NCBI GenBank assembly: GCA_965203295.1
Contig: CBDBCZ010000015.1
Span: 544,001 to 608,000 of the forward strand
Source of the DNA: Nitrospirales bacterium
GTDB lineage: Bacteria; Nitrospirota; Nitrospiria; Nitrospirales; UBA8639
Length of the DNA stretch: 64,000 bases
Direction of reading: 5' to 3'
Part shown: piece after piece, positions 1 to 12,947 of the stretch
Layout: the number at the start of each line of letters is the position of its first letter
Position numbering within the stretch: position 1 is the stretch's first letter
The notes under the pieces: model-generated
The model's input: only the letters and a program-made list of their open reading frames with translations
Database searches by the model: none
Told to the model about the DNA's origin: nothing
Translations under genes and position numbers: made by a program

Positions 1-1404
1 AACTATACCACAAACAACACCCTTTGGCATTGTTACTAATGCTATGCACTTGCAATAAGCACTCTGATCTTACCACGCACATGTAACTAAACCTATAATG
101 TATAGGAAGCAGTTAAGCAATATTTTGACAATCAATACTCACTCATCTGCAACTTATACTGCCAGGCAGACTTCCACATTGGAACCGTGTTGTATTTGAA
201 GTCATATAGCAGTAGAGTCTTGCCATTTCATTGATGGCCAAAGCCTACATTGATAGAAAGGCATTCCAGTAGTTAGTATTAGTGGGAGCAACAACAGTTG
301 ACTGAATAGTGGAATGTTTTGAAGGTACTAACCTCAATGCCATAGTGGAAGAGACTAGCATACTTTAACCACCTCAACCACACTGAAAGTGAATCAAGTG
401 CAATCAGGAATTCACCAAATAACTATATACCAAGAAAAAAGAAGAAATATTGTACACTACATAATACAAGTCACAATAGATAGTCTTGGGGACATAATAC
501 AGTGATAGTTGGAGTGGAGTCAGGGTCTTCCCCAAAGGGGAGGTAGATCAACGGTTCATGCCTAGATCTAGACTTACAACATCGATGTCTGACAGGATGC
601 AAAGCATGCTGAGCAGAAGTACATGTACAATTCACCATTCCTTCAGGGATTTCTAGAAACTCATATCGCTGCCACTACTAAACTCCATTCCTTCATTTGA
701 CAATAGGGCATTCCCAGGAAGATCCTCCTCATAGTTTGTTTACACAAAACTAGCTAACTAGAGGATACAGGCTAGTTGCAACTCGACTAGTTGATCACGG
801 TATCATGGCACTACTGTTGCTATGTGCACTGCACATACAGCATGCAATAACCGATTAGTACCATAACGTGCTTCCATCTACAGTTTTGTGTTCTGTTTTT
901 CATGGAATAATTAGGAAAGTATTTACAATAATTGCATACATGTATAGAGAAGAACGCTTAATTAATTAAATAAGGGTTTGATATATAGCATTGTTGGTTC
1001 ACTTCTGTTTGATACTGAATCAATATTTGGACTACCCAGCTCCAACTTTAATACTGTGCAACAGCAAGACACAATTACATGTATACACTGATTAGGTCGT
1101 GCTCTCCAGGTTTAACTCCAAGCTGAATGAACACTAACAAATAGGACAAACATTACTTACCATAGATAAAACAACGACAAGGGCTATTAGAAGGTTTGCT
1201 GCAGCAGTGACCGTCAGTCTAGCACTGATTGAAAATGCAATGGAGAATGCTGAGATGAAAGTAAGACACAGTGACAACATGAAAATGAAGAATTTTGAGA
1301 CATCCAGTTGGAAACCTGTACGATGAAAATGTAGCACATTCAGTATATACATGATGTATACAACACCTTGTGGTTATGGAACAATGAACAATGTACAATA
1401 TAGG

Positions 1405-2060
1405 AGCATGCACTGAATGAGTGCGGACAGTTGTCGCCATCAAAGGCTCTTTAACCCACCATCCTTGACTCTCAAGGTCAGGCATTCAGTGCTTTTTATT
1501 TTTGATATTGATTAATTATGTTTTATAACAGGTTTTCAATTTTCTGCCTTTCTTAAGAACATTTCTTCATGTGGGTTGTGGCTGGGGGCCTGGCCTTACA
1601 ATTTTTAATGCTTTATAAGCTTTTTAACCTTTCTAACTTTTTCTAGGAGGCTCCTGCTGGTCTCGGTAAGACCTTACAGTTAAGCCGAGACCATGGGATT
1701 TCTCCGAAAGGTTTTTTAACAGAGGGAAGACCTATTTGGTCCCCTTTTTTAAGAAACTTTTTAACTATTTTCAAATTTTTAACTTTCTGCGGTCACGGGC
1801 TGGGTGGTCTCTGGTTCTTTCCGGGTCCCGGTTTTTTTTGGTTACGATCAGAGCTCTTTCTACTCTTTCTATTCTTCTCATTATTTCTCTATTTCATGAT
1901 TTTTATTTTTCTACTTTCTAATTTGCCTATTTCGATTTTATTGTTCTTGATTTAATTAAATAGGTCATATGCTTAACTAGATTGTAATGTAAGGGGTTGT
2001 AGTAGTGTAGATATAGTTCCGTAGGTTAGGATAGGTATAAGGACAGTTTTAGTTTTTTAG
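1405..2060 (-). mobile_element. Possible 5'-truncated non-LTR retrotransposon 3' fragment in an ABCG2-like intron
   Basis: Strongly A-rich minus strand; begins with KTVLIPILTYGT (about 2015-2050), resembling LINE RT thumb motifs; stops follow; hairpins at about 1658-1693 and 1410-1492. Confidence 0.35.
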
Positions 2061-3059
2061 GCCTCAAGCTAGTGAGTGTATAATGATTAGGATACCTTCA
2101 GTTTTCATGTACATATTACATCTGTACATGCCTATGTAGAAACTGCTGAATCAGCAGCTTTACTCTTACAAGGTTGAGTACTGTACTTCACCTGCACCAC
2201 CTAACTGATTTTTGGAGTGATTAAATGCCACAGATATTTCAGCATGGCTTCTTTTGCAAGTGACTACTGTTCAAGAATGGCAACTATTTTGAGGGCCATA
2301 TTTATTGTTAGAGTACTGGGTAGTTTGCTTGCAATAGAGCTTTCTTGGCAAGCCCACAGGTTCTGAGTATAATAGCCTTCTACTGAGAGGTGTTCAGAGA
2401 TGAGCCCCAAAGTAACTGAGCAATCCTATATAGCTGGAATTTACACTCTGGTACAGCTTGGGCAGGACTTGATGTTGCCACTGTTCTGCCCTCCACTTCC
2501 TTCATTCGCGTTTGTCCACTATGTGAGCAAAATGTTTTCGTTAAAAGTGGTCAATGCCAAAACATTGAGATTATTTACCATTGATGACTGTCTTGGGGTT
2601 GATCCTCCCTGATCATTAAAGGGATTCACTTTCAAGGAGTTTTTACTCTTTCTCTGAGATCAATGACTTTGGCCAACTGGAAGTAGAATATGTCTTTGGG
2701 GAGACAGCTGTCAAAGCAGTGACCAACTCCGATGAAATGGTTATTGACTCACCATATTTCAGGAGTTTGTATAAACTTTTGAAGGCATTTGGAATGTATC
2801 AGCTACATGTATGTGAGCTACGCATACTTGTCCCTGTCTCTGTAGCAGGGTATGAATTAATCAAGATCTGAACTATCTTTTCTTTTGCACTCACCAACCA
2901 TAAGGTAAACTACCACTGAGAATGCACACAGGGGTATGATTCGCATCAGAATCCAGTCCGAAAAGACTTTGGCCAAAAAGAATGCAGAGACCCGGTAGAA
3001 TCCATTGGCGTTCTCATGCCTATACATATGTATGCATATGAGGGGAATATACTACATAT

Positions 3060-3440
3060 AAGTTAAACCACATACAGCTCCAAGGGCTGTATGGGAAGTG
3101 CAATATTCAATTAGAGCACGAGGGTGAAACCTGAAGACTCTAAGCACAAGTGGATTTTCCATACAGCCCGCCTGGAGCAGTGGTTTAACTTGTTTGCAGC
3201 ATGGATGGCCTTATTTGATTGAGGAATAAGAGTGCTCACTCGGCATCGGAAAACACTGTAAGTTACTCCACCTCTTTCTGTAGTTTGTAATACTGCCAGC
3301 CATTGTAGTTAAGCAAGAGCTAGTCTAAGATTGGTGTACTGTTGTAGCTACTAGCTGGCTTTTAGGTTGAATAGATTTGCTAGGAGTGCTGTCTGTGATA
3401 GTAGGAAAGATAAAAGCCTTTTACATTGCTTACTGTTTGA
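3060..3440 (+). mobile_element. Hairpin element E1 (truncated); inverted homologue of E4
   Basis: Hairpin 3060-3191 (AAGTTAAACCAC...GTGGTTTAACTT) with apex CACGAGGGT-GAA-ACCTGA; 3192-3440 aligns in reverse complement to about 34740-35005. Confidence 0.75.
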
Positions 3441-4777
3441 TAGCCTGATAAGTAACTGTACAGTCTGCTGAATGAGGCAAATGTACTGGAAATAAAATTT
3501 TCCTGCTTCAACCGCCAAACCAAATTTGTTTCAATTGAAGTAATTCACTCTTACTCTTGCTCTCTTGACCATCTTGAGGAGGCTTAGAATTACAGTTTCT
3601 CACACTTACTGTACAAGGGTGCAGAAATACACTTACAAAAACTGGGCTTTCTGCCGTATGAAGAGGTCAGTAGCAGACATATTTGCAAACACTTGGTTCA
3701 TAACAATGAAAAAAGTGAGTATAACAGATATCTCACCAACTAAAGATTACTAAGCAAGCTAGTACATATAGTCTCTAAGCGGCTCTGGCTTGGTAAAAAA
3801 ATCCGAGATTATAATAATATGTGGGACTACATGACCTGTAGCTACGTACGTAGTAATTACTGCCTTTCATTAAGCAATACACGTATTACGTGCAGAAAGA
3901 ATCTTGGATACTGATGGCTTACAGTAAACTTGTACTTGCAACATTTCAATCACGCTTTGGTAATCTTTTTTAGGTATAAAATATAGAGCTGGCATCTTAA
4001 CTATTTATGTATATAAAAGTTTGCTATAAGCTGTCACTGGCTAATCTTCGTTCTGCATGTTTGTCTACTAACATTGCAACATGAGCACATGTACAATACA
4101 CAAAAACCTGTCATAGAATGCATTTTCCACGTTCAGAGCTGTCAGTTCTCGGGAATTAATGCGCAGGTAGATGATACCCACCAGAATGGCAAATATGATC
4201 ATCACCAGGATCTGTGCAGGTTGACAAAAGACAGCAGTTCAAGTATACATATACCGCTACCTATATAGCCTCGTACCCTACCCTGAATAGAAGCAAAAAG
4301 AGCTCCCTTCCCATTACCTGGAAGATGGAGGCTATGGGGACCCTCCACAAGTTCACCACTAACCGCACACTAACGATCAACAGCTGCATAAAAGAAACAG
4401 TAAGTTTTGTAGTGAAAAGAAAACTATTATTACTTGGTACACAACACTATATACACCCTAGGGAGATACCTACTCTAAATACAGCAGTGGCATACATATT
4501 GAACATTACAGGCTGAGAATAAACAAATCAAATCAAAACATGACGACAGTATAATATGCACATATCTGCTTGTTTCACCAATGGCTTCAGATCTCCTACA
4601 ACTTTTATTTTTTTGCTTTTCTCATTTAAAAATGTGGTTTTAGTCTATATCTCACTACATTTACAATTAGATGTGATGGAATGAGGAATAGAGTTCATTG
4701 TTCATTGGGCCATGCTTTAACATAGTGTCATGGTCAGAAGTGAAAAGTTAACATTGCTAATGCACATGATAGTCTGG

Positions 4778-5265
4778 ACTACTGTATAGTGCCAACTTTC
4801 TGAGGCACATAATATTCGCGGAACCGTCTCGAAAATGAGGTTTGTGAAATTTTTTCCTCAGAAACGTTTTGCACATTGGAATTTCCCCACAGTTTTGTAT
4901 CAGTTGCTTAGAAGTGTTACGTAATAAAGAGCATATATCTTGAAAAGTACAGGTTTGATTTAATCCTTAATTGGGGTCCACTCTAAAAAGCAATACGGTT
5001 GGCTTTCATCGTGTTTAACAGGAAGGTGAGACACGTGGCGCATGCCTTAGCTGCAGCAAACTGGCAAAAAGAGATTTGTATACAAAAGATGATGCCAGAA
5101 CAGAAAACTGAGATAGGGAAACAAAGAGTTGTAGCTGCAACCATGCATGCTCTATCCACTACTATGAGCATGGGCACTACAATAAAATAATCCGTGGCCT
5201 GCCAAATTTATTTTACATGGCCAATCCGCAAAGAATTGTCCCCTTGAAAATATGGTGCTATAGCA
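4778..5265. mobile_element. Degenerate MITE-like element
   Basis: Imperfect terminal inverted repeats (TATAGTGCCAACTTTC ... GAAAATATGGTGCTATA); no credible coding content. Confidence 0.35.
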
Positions 5266-6153
5266 CCATATTTATACACTAATATCACCTCCAGGGGGTA
5301 GTGAGTTGAATTCGAGATGTTTTTTTTCCCATTCATTGTGCCACATTAAGAGTAAGCCACTGATGATCGGCCACCAGGCATATTCGGACACGCTAGCGCC
5401 AAGCGCGTAAATTACCGGAAGTGGGCGGGGGCTTTGATTGATAGTACAGACCCTTCGCACTTTGATTTGAAAATTTGGTGTTCCTCCGTTGCTTGGTTCT
5501 GGAGCTATAGCCTTCCAAAGTTAAAATTCGGACACAGCTATGATCGAACAAAAGTATGTATTGTCGGACTCCATTCCGTGTTTCCTCCCTGAAGCAACTT
5601 TCGGTGATCTTTCTCCATTGTTGGGAAGCCCCACTACCATGCTGCTGCACACCAACTTTTCACCATCGTAGCTGCTTTGAGTACAGAGGGGTGCCATTGA
5701 ATGTAGAGCCGTGTCACCCTCTCTATAATCGGACAGTGAATTTTGTCTTTTTCGATGTAAGGACACCAAAACACTCTCCAAACGCTAGGATTTGGATATC
5801 GTTGGAAAGTACAGACACATAGCAACGCAACGGTGCAAGCCCGATACTCATACATCCTATGGTTCTCGAGATAGAGAGAGAAAGAACTATTTGTCTCGAT
5901 TTCTTCTAATAATTTTAATGCTGAAGCTTTTAGTGTACGAAATCAGTAAGTATGCAGATTATATGCAATTCTTATAATCACCTCTATAACAAGTGACAGG
6001 GACATTATAATTATGCTTTATGCTATGTGATTTGTATCATGGCATTATTACCAACCAATCCATACCTTGAAGCATGCAATAATTGCTCTATCCATAATTG
6101 TTCCTAGTAGCTCATATGCATCCCATGCAAGGATACAGGCGTGGAAACGTATA

Positions 6154-6440
6154 GGTTATACCACGAGGTGGAGGTGTATAAGCGATTTATTTACCGAGGG
6201 CCAAAGGCCCGAGGGGAATAAATCACTTATACACCGACCACGAGTTGTATAACTGGCTTCTACCGCGCTATATCCGGCGGTTATATTTACGCGTGTTTAT
6301 ATGGCAACGCGTGGCTGAAGGGTATTAAAACAAGGTGAATAAGTGAGTAAGTTAGACACCTATTACGCGGTAAATAAGTGATTTTGAAACCTCTAATCTA
6401 GCTACCTGATTGGTCAGAGTACTACAAGCGTGGTAGAAAT
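6154..6440 (+). mobile_element. Hairpin element E2
   Basis: Hairpin 6154-6254 with apex CCGAGGGCC-AAA-GGCCCGAGG and two further GA/GA internal loops; then inverted pair TTCTACCGCGCT (about 6258-6269) / AGCGTGGTAGAA (6427-6438). Confidence 0.75.
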
Positions 6441-8458
6441 ATCATTATACACTAGCGGGTTCAGCAGTTGGCAACAGCAACCAAAAACTACAAATCAATA
6501 AGTGACCACTTCCTTAACAAATACAGATTTTATCGAGCTTACCTTTAATCACTTGGCCACTCATTGGCGACTTATAGGCTAGTTAACTTTATTCTGTGAC
6601 TGATGTACATAGTGAAAACTACATTTGTACTGTACTACACTTGTGCAAATGTAGTATAGTAGTTGCACTGTATATTATAGCTACTAGTCGCCGAGTGAAG
6701 TTCACTGCAATAATAAGTGCAGTTAAGCTTTACCTTAACTGGTATACATGGTGCAACTACTGTCCTTTATATCTTTACCGTTAAAGGACATGTACATCCT
6801 ATTGTATGGAAGGATACTTTCCATTCTAATCTCAACATGTATTGTTGGTAACGCTGTTCACTAATTAATTGAGAGGGCAAATAATCTAAACTAAAAGCAC
6901 TACCAGTTAGTACAATGACATGCACGACAGTAATTTACATAACAAAAGCTGTCCAGTTGGTGGATTATGATACATATTTCATGAAATTGAATATAATCTG
7001 CAAAAGTGTGCAAGTATGAATAATCACACTTGGGCTATGGGAGTAATGCAATTAGTCATAACTAAATGGTGGAGACTTTTACAAGTGATGTTACCAGCAT
7101 GCACTTACACACTTCCCTCTTTGTGATTGTACCACAACACTGTATCTGGCTGTTGGGGCTACTCCAAGTCTCCAGCTGGTAGGTCCAATAGTGTTCATCA
7201 AACACCACTGTGGGAAAAATTCATTAACACTCACTGTGTCCATATTTAGGACTTTCTTGTTTAATTAAAAAGACAGAACGTGTCTTATATGCAGGCAGAC
7301 ATAGTTACGTATCTAAGAATTACAAATATAACTTAAGGCATCTGTGTGCTGGACAAATTTAAAGTGTTGTCACTGTGTAGAGTTACAAACATTCTCCTAC
7401 ACAAACCTGAACTCAAAGCAGCTCCAGAAGTCTGAAATAGCTCTCCAGTGGACTCTAGTACAACATGAATGCGGCTAACCACTAGCTTGAGTTTGAATTG
7501 AGCTAAAAGCTAAACTGGAGGGCTTTCTATAGACACTGGAGGAATGAACTCTTAATTAGGCAATGATAACTTGTTGTCCACATGCTGCTTTATTTTATGA
7601 CATAAAATAGGACAAAATAGCTATCGTTATCCTAGGCTTTACCCAGGACAACTTTTCCTGCATGGGTGAACTACTCATACAATCCTGCATTTTGAAATGG
7701 TTTTCTAGAACATGTACTTAAGTGAAAGAAGTTACACAGAGAGTAAGTGGATGAATGCGTACAGTTGACCATGCCAATTACAAACGGCACCTCTTTCTAT
7801 TTAATCAGCCTTATAAATAATACAAATATGCAAATAAGACACCAAAAATAGGAGCACCTCTCAGTGAATTGACGATACCAAAGTGCGCATATGCGTTTTC
7901 TACGTACGCTTCTATATAGAATCGTTAATATACGTAAGCGCTCGAGCGCGCGGAGCATGCAATCGTGATTGATTACGTAATCTGAGCCACCGATAACAGT
8001 CGTCAGGCCACTTGTCAGATTACGGAGAATTTAATGAAAACGGAAAATGGTTACGTGAGGCGTGGTAGTACTGTGTAATCAACTTCCTCTGACATCCGGT
8101 TAGTTTGGCAAGGCTAGCTTCGCGAGGCAGGCAGCTAGAATCGCCGGACTTGCGAGCGATCTTGTAGGAACAGGAGTATAGCTTCGACCCTGCAAGCGCC
8201 ATCTTCCAACTCCTTACCGTTTGTCGGAGAGCGTCGGGTAAGTCCATGTGGGTCGGGCGGGGCGTCTCCAGACAGGGTCACGAACTTTTGTGGCACGTTA
8301 TTTTTCCCCCCACCGGACGATTACGATCTATATATCGTTCGAAAGCCCGTGAAATTCTCTACAAAATATGTGCAAATCGCGGTGGTATGTTGTCTAGTTT
8401 TTGCAAAATTCAGCTTGCAATACAGAGCAAAAAAAGCACTCCACGTGGTAGCTCAAAT

Positions 8459-9306
8459 ATGAGTTGTGAAGGCAATTCTCTATCTTCAAAGTGCACAGAA
8501 CGCTGTTTCTTGTACAAGGAGAAGCTTATTCACCGCCATAGCCATACTGAGAGCTGGAAGAGTTAGTTGCAGCAGTTCCTCCTCCAGTATTCCAGCATTC
8601 CTCCTGGTACCAATGCCTGTGTTTGCAGAGCATGTGAGTTAAGCCTAAAGAATGGCCAGAAGGGAAAGTACATGGGAACATACATTCCCAGATGGGTTAA
8701 AATGAACAAGGCAAAGAATAAGGCTACCTGTTGCATACCTGGGTGCACTTCTGTGTCCACCAGTACTTGTAGCTTTGCATCACTATAGATGCAATTCATA
8801 GATAGGATAGAGTTTGAGGATGAGCTCCCACCATCAGTGGACACTCTGTGGCGTCACTGGCAGCGAACATGCTGGGTATCCTCTGTATGGAGCCAGGCTA
8901 CATGTAATGCACTATCCCCACCTAACATCACCCAATTTGGATGGATGGTGGAGGATGGGAGAATACAATGTGACTGGGATTCTTCTGAGAACATTCAGAG
9001 AGTCAGAAATCTGGTTGGCCTATTCATCAGAGGATGTAAGTGCACCAAGGGCTGTACAACCAAACTGTGCGGGTGTGTTAAGAAGGGAGTAGCTACAGTG
9101 TGGCCCAAGTTGCAACTATAAAAGTTGCCAAAATTTGCCCTCTGGTACTGACCCCTGTACTCAGAAATTCAGAATGAAGTAATGCAGGTAGAGGAGGAGG
9201 AACTGCTGTGTAATGGCCAGCGCAGGCTTAGGTGCGGGGAAGAGCTCACTGACGATGAAGATGGAGATGTACCAGACGAGATGTCCTCAGACGAGAAAGA
9301 TGATTA
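8459..9306 (+). pseudogene. Transposase remnant: Cys-rich N-terminal piece fused to a CXC/Cys8 C-terminus; catalytic core absent
   Basis: One reading frame from 8459 with in-frame TAG at 8564-8566 and 8786-8788 and a frameshift near 9093. Confidence 0.65.
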
Positions 9307-9351
9307 GTGTGAACATGAGCAGGAGCTCATGGAGTGGGAGGCAGATGTTGA

Positions 9352-9700
9352 CGAGTTGACCGACTCACACTTATTTCTGTCTGTGCACTGAACAGATTTG
9401 TCTTTTAAGTACTTCACACACACCTACATTCTGCACACACGTCATGCCATGCCAACTTTAGCCCTGCACATGCACACACCTACACAATGCACACACACAC
9501 ATACCATGCCTGGACCATTACTCACAAGTTGGCGAGTTGACTGACTCACACTGATTTCTGTTTGTGCACTGAACAGATTTGTCTTTTGAGTACTTTGCAC
9601 ACACCTACATTCTGCACACACGTCATGCCACGCCAATTTTAGCCCTACACATGCACACATCTACACAATGCACACACACATACCATGCCTGGACCATTAC
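9352..9700 (+). repeat. Two-copy tandem duplication (about 181-bp period) inside the Academ-like element
   Basis: CGAGTTGACYGACTCACAC...GCCTGGACCATTAC starts at 9352 and again at 9533. Confidence 0.85.
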
Positions 9701-10481
9701 GCACCTAGCTCACCTGCACGTGGTGTGGCCTGCACTAGCTGGAATAGGTCCATTCTCGTAGCATGTGTATGCTATAACTCCAGGCTAGACCAAGAAGGTG
9801 CACTGTATGCTTGTTTTTTTTTTATTGTTGCAAACCACATCCATCATAGAGAGATCTAACTTACCATGGTTCTTAGCACTGCTGTAACGAGGGAATCCGA
9901 GTTTCTCCACCGATTTATGCGCTCAGAACGGTATCCGTTTGATATTTCCATTGCGCGTAATCATCAATTTTTTGTCCGTCTAATAGGCGCAGTTTTGCAA
10001 AAACTGGACGACATACCACCGCGATTTGCACATATTTTGTAGAGAATTTCACGGGCTTTCGAACGATATATAGATCGTAATCGTCCGGTGGGGGGAAAAA
10101 AAACGTGCCACAAAAGTTCGTGACCCTGTCTGGAGACGCCCCGCCTGACCCGCATGGACTTACCCGACGCTCTCCGACAAACGGTAAGGAGTTGGAAGAT
10201 GGCGCTTGCAGGGTCGAAGCTATACTCCTGTTCCTACAAGATCGCTCGCAAGTCCGGCGATTCTAGCTGCCTGCCTCGCGAAGCTAGCCTTGCCAAACTA
10301 ACCGGGTGTCAAAGGAAGTTGATTGCACTGGTACTACCACGCCTTACGTGAACATTTCCGGTTGTATTAAATTCTCCGTAATCTGACAAGTGGCCTGACG
10401 ACTGAGGGGGGGAACGTAAACATGTACATGTAGGTCATAACATAAGAGCAGTGCTCTGTATACAACAGTGCACGAAGTGTA

Positions 10482-11073
10482 TATGTTCCGCGCGAACCAG
10501 GAATTTGCGCAATCCTAGAATTGCGCAATGCAAACTAGGAATCCATACTTTGGCCAATCCCAGGATTGCGCAGCCAATTCCTCTTTTGCGCACACGTGAT
10601 ATTGACACTTCTATAGCTAGCTATAAAAATGCCACGCTCGATTAGTAATGCAGCGTCTTTGCGGCTTGCAAGCCATCAGTTTCATTCATCAGTCTTTATT
10701 GTTAGTCTACTGTAGATTGCCAGAATCATTTGACAGTGTAATAGTTGTGGCAAATGGTTTCATTTAATGTGTTGGTTTTAATACATCATGTTGGCGATTG
10801 GTTTTGTAACCAATGTCAGTACTTTAATGTTTTTACAGCACTTGTCAGTTACCCTTTGTTCATCCCTTTGCTGTTTGTACTTTGATTCCCATGCACTTCA
10901 TATAAAAATGCTAACTTTGTACGAACGAATTTGCGCAATGCAGGGTTTGCTCAACTTATTCCAACTTTGCACGAAAAACTGCGCAATCCTTGGATTGCGC
11001 GCCAAAGTACGGATTCCTACTTCGCACAGCGCAATCCTAAGATTGTGCGACTTCCTGGTTTGCGCGGAACATA
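10482..11073. mobile_element. MITE with about 100-bp imperfect TIRs and probable TA TSD
   Basis: TA|TATGTTCCGCGCGAACCAGGAA ... TTCCTGGTTTGCGCGGAACATA|TA; subterminal GCGCAATCC/GGATTGCGC repeats. Confidence 0.8.
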
Positions 11074-11799
11074 TACATCAGATTCAATGTAACGATTAAT
11101 TTAAGTTGTGTTACCGGGGTACCGGGCTAGTGTACTAGAATTTTTTGATGTTTAAATTATGTCAGGTATTACTTTATGCACATTCATCCATGAACCAGAG
11201 GTGAGTTGATGTGAAGGTATTGGGCCTGTGATCACGAGTGGATTCTATTATTATACTTAATTATTGGCTATGATCACTATTACTAGTGTGTCATTCCAAG
11301 TCGAATGGTATACAGCCATGGATTATTATGAAGGCAGAATAGCATCACCAATCAGAATTTACACACAGTGATACTAAAGATATGCATACGCAGTATAAGC
11401 CTCACGCACGAGCATTCAGTAGGTGTGGTTTGGTAGCGCGTGTTTATAATGTGTGAGAATTTGACAGAGGGAAAGGAGGGGCAGCTAAGCGTGCAAGAGA
11501 ATTCGACGAGTTTATCCTTCTCCAAAGGCGAAAATTAACGCGGTGGTGACTTCTGTTTCTCTAGCAAAAAAGAGCAACTGTTGTTAGCTAAAAAGCGTAC
11601 GCATAGTCTCGCGGGGCCAGAGTCTAGACGGGAAGGTTAGAGTCTGGTCAACTGCCCATATACGACTCGTTGTAGCACCCACCAGACTTCAGTGGGTGAC
11701 AATTAGGTGTTGTACCGCAACGTTTACATTATGTAAGCGTTAATCGCTACGTGCGAAAAGTTAACGAGTTGAGGTGAGTGCTGTGATTGTCCAGCATCA

Positions 11800-12947
11800 A
11801 TCGACCACCACTGTCCGTGATGAGTTGTTAAAAAAGCACCCACCGGGCCAGCCAGCCCACCCAGATTCCCTTATTCCCTCAACCACTCCTAGACCAGTGA
11901 CTCACCCAGTTGTTTTCGACTGCCTAGATGGTGTCAGTATCCGTACCGCTGCTCTCCATACCAACGGCTCAGCTGGTCCCTCAGGAGTCGACTCACCTGG
12001 CTGGAGACGCCTATGCACCTCTTTTCAAAATGCATCTGCAGACCTATGTAACAGCCTGGCCTCAGTTGCAATTAATTTTAAAGAAGTTGTGTACTACATA
12101 CGTTGACCCTCGAGGTGTAGCCCCACTTACTGCCAGCCGCTTGATTGCCTTGGACAAGTGTCCAGGTGTACGACCAATTGGGGTGGGAGAGACCTCACGA
12201 AGGATCATCGGCAAGGCCATCCTTGCAGTTATCAAGCACGACATCCTTGAAACTGCAGGTGCTCTCCAACTTTGTGCTGGTCAGGAGGCCAGTAGTGAAG
12301 CTGCCATTCATGCCATGCGTAGTGTCTTCCATGACGACCAATCAGAAGCTGTACTACTCGTTGATGCAACCAATGCATTCAACAGCTTGAACCGCCAGGC
12401 TGCTCTACGGAACATCCACTACCTTTGCCCACCACTCGCTACTGTCCTAACAAACACATACAGGGAGGACATAGAGCTGTTCATTGATGGTGAAACGCTC
12501 CTCTCCTGTGAGGGGACAACACAGGGCGATCCTCTTGCCATGGCCATGTATGCTATTGGCATCCTTCCCCTCATCAACCAGCTCAAGTCCATTGACGCAA
12601 AGCAAGTGTGGTTTGCTGATGACGCGACAGCTGGCGGCCACATACAACAGATCCATGAGTGGTGGATAAAGCTAAACAACCTTGGCCCCGCCTTTGGATA
12701 CTTTGAAAATCCGAGCAAAACCTGGCTCATTGTGAAGGAGGAACATCTGTCCATGGCAACAGAGAGATTTGCGAATTCTGGAGTGAACATCACGACCGAT
12801 GGAAAGAGACATCTTGGAGCTGCCCTTGGTTCGAGGTCCTTTGTTGTGAGCTATATGCAGGACAAGGTCAGGGAATGGACATCTTCAATCCAGAAGCTTG
12901 CAGCTATTGCCAAGACCCAACCGCATGCTGCATACTCCGCATTCATG
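11800..12947 (+). pseudogene. Reverse transcriptase of a CRE-clade-like non-LTR retrotransposon, frameshifted and truncated
   Basis: Motifs SAGPSG, LIALDK.PGVRPIGVGE..RR, VDATNAFNSLNR, GTTQGDPL, WFADD, NPSKT, RHLGAALG. A 10-nt insertion near 12071-12080 shifts the frame; the 3' end is replaced by the foldback at about 12950. Confidence 0.9.

Larger units (their letters stand above)
143..4383 (-). pseudogene. ABCG2-like: ABCG2-like (ABCG/White family) transporter, transmembrane-domain exons only; probably decayed or truncated
   Basis: Minus-strand exons read by hand: 4318-4383 (LLIVSVRLVVNLWRVPIASIFQ), 4108-4211 (ILVMIIFAILVGIIYL...YDR), about 3637-3715 (FFIVMNQVFANMSATDLFIRQKAQF; no in-frame acceptor found), 2895-3019 (HENANGFYRVSAFFLAKVFSDW...), 1161-1315 (GFQLDVSKFFIFML...), 333-422 (LFGEFLIALDSLSVWLRWLKYASLFHYGIE), 143-244 (ALAINEMARLYC...; ends in TGA just before a GT donor). 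They are collinear with the ABC2_membrane domain of ABCG2. No nucleotide-binding-domain exons recognised. Confidence 0.85.
7997..10404 (+). mobile_element. Internally deleted DNA transposon with long TIRs, Academ (AcademX)-like
   Basis: 412-bp TIRs at 7997-8408 and 9993-10404 (CAGTCGTCAGG...CCTGACGACTG). Internal frame encodes HWQRTCWVSSVWSQA...FGW...CKCTKGCTTKLCGCVK, a Cys8/CXC-type C-terminus, then an acidic tail. No TSD seen. Confidence 0.75.

Noticed and set aside
5390..5900. CpG-rich segment resembling a DNA-transposon subterminal region
   Set aside because: No paired TIRs, TSD or coding motif could be defined.
6450..7480. Short AG...GT-bounded minus-strand segments as exons of another gene
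   Set aside because: No recognisable protein similarity and stops in some frames; left unannotated.
8020..8400. Duplicated ORFs (MDLPDALRQ...) at 8020-8247 and 10154-10351
   Set aside because: They are the two TIR copies of one element, not a gene pair.
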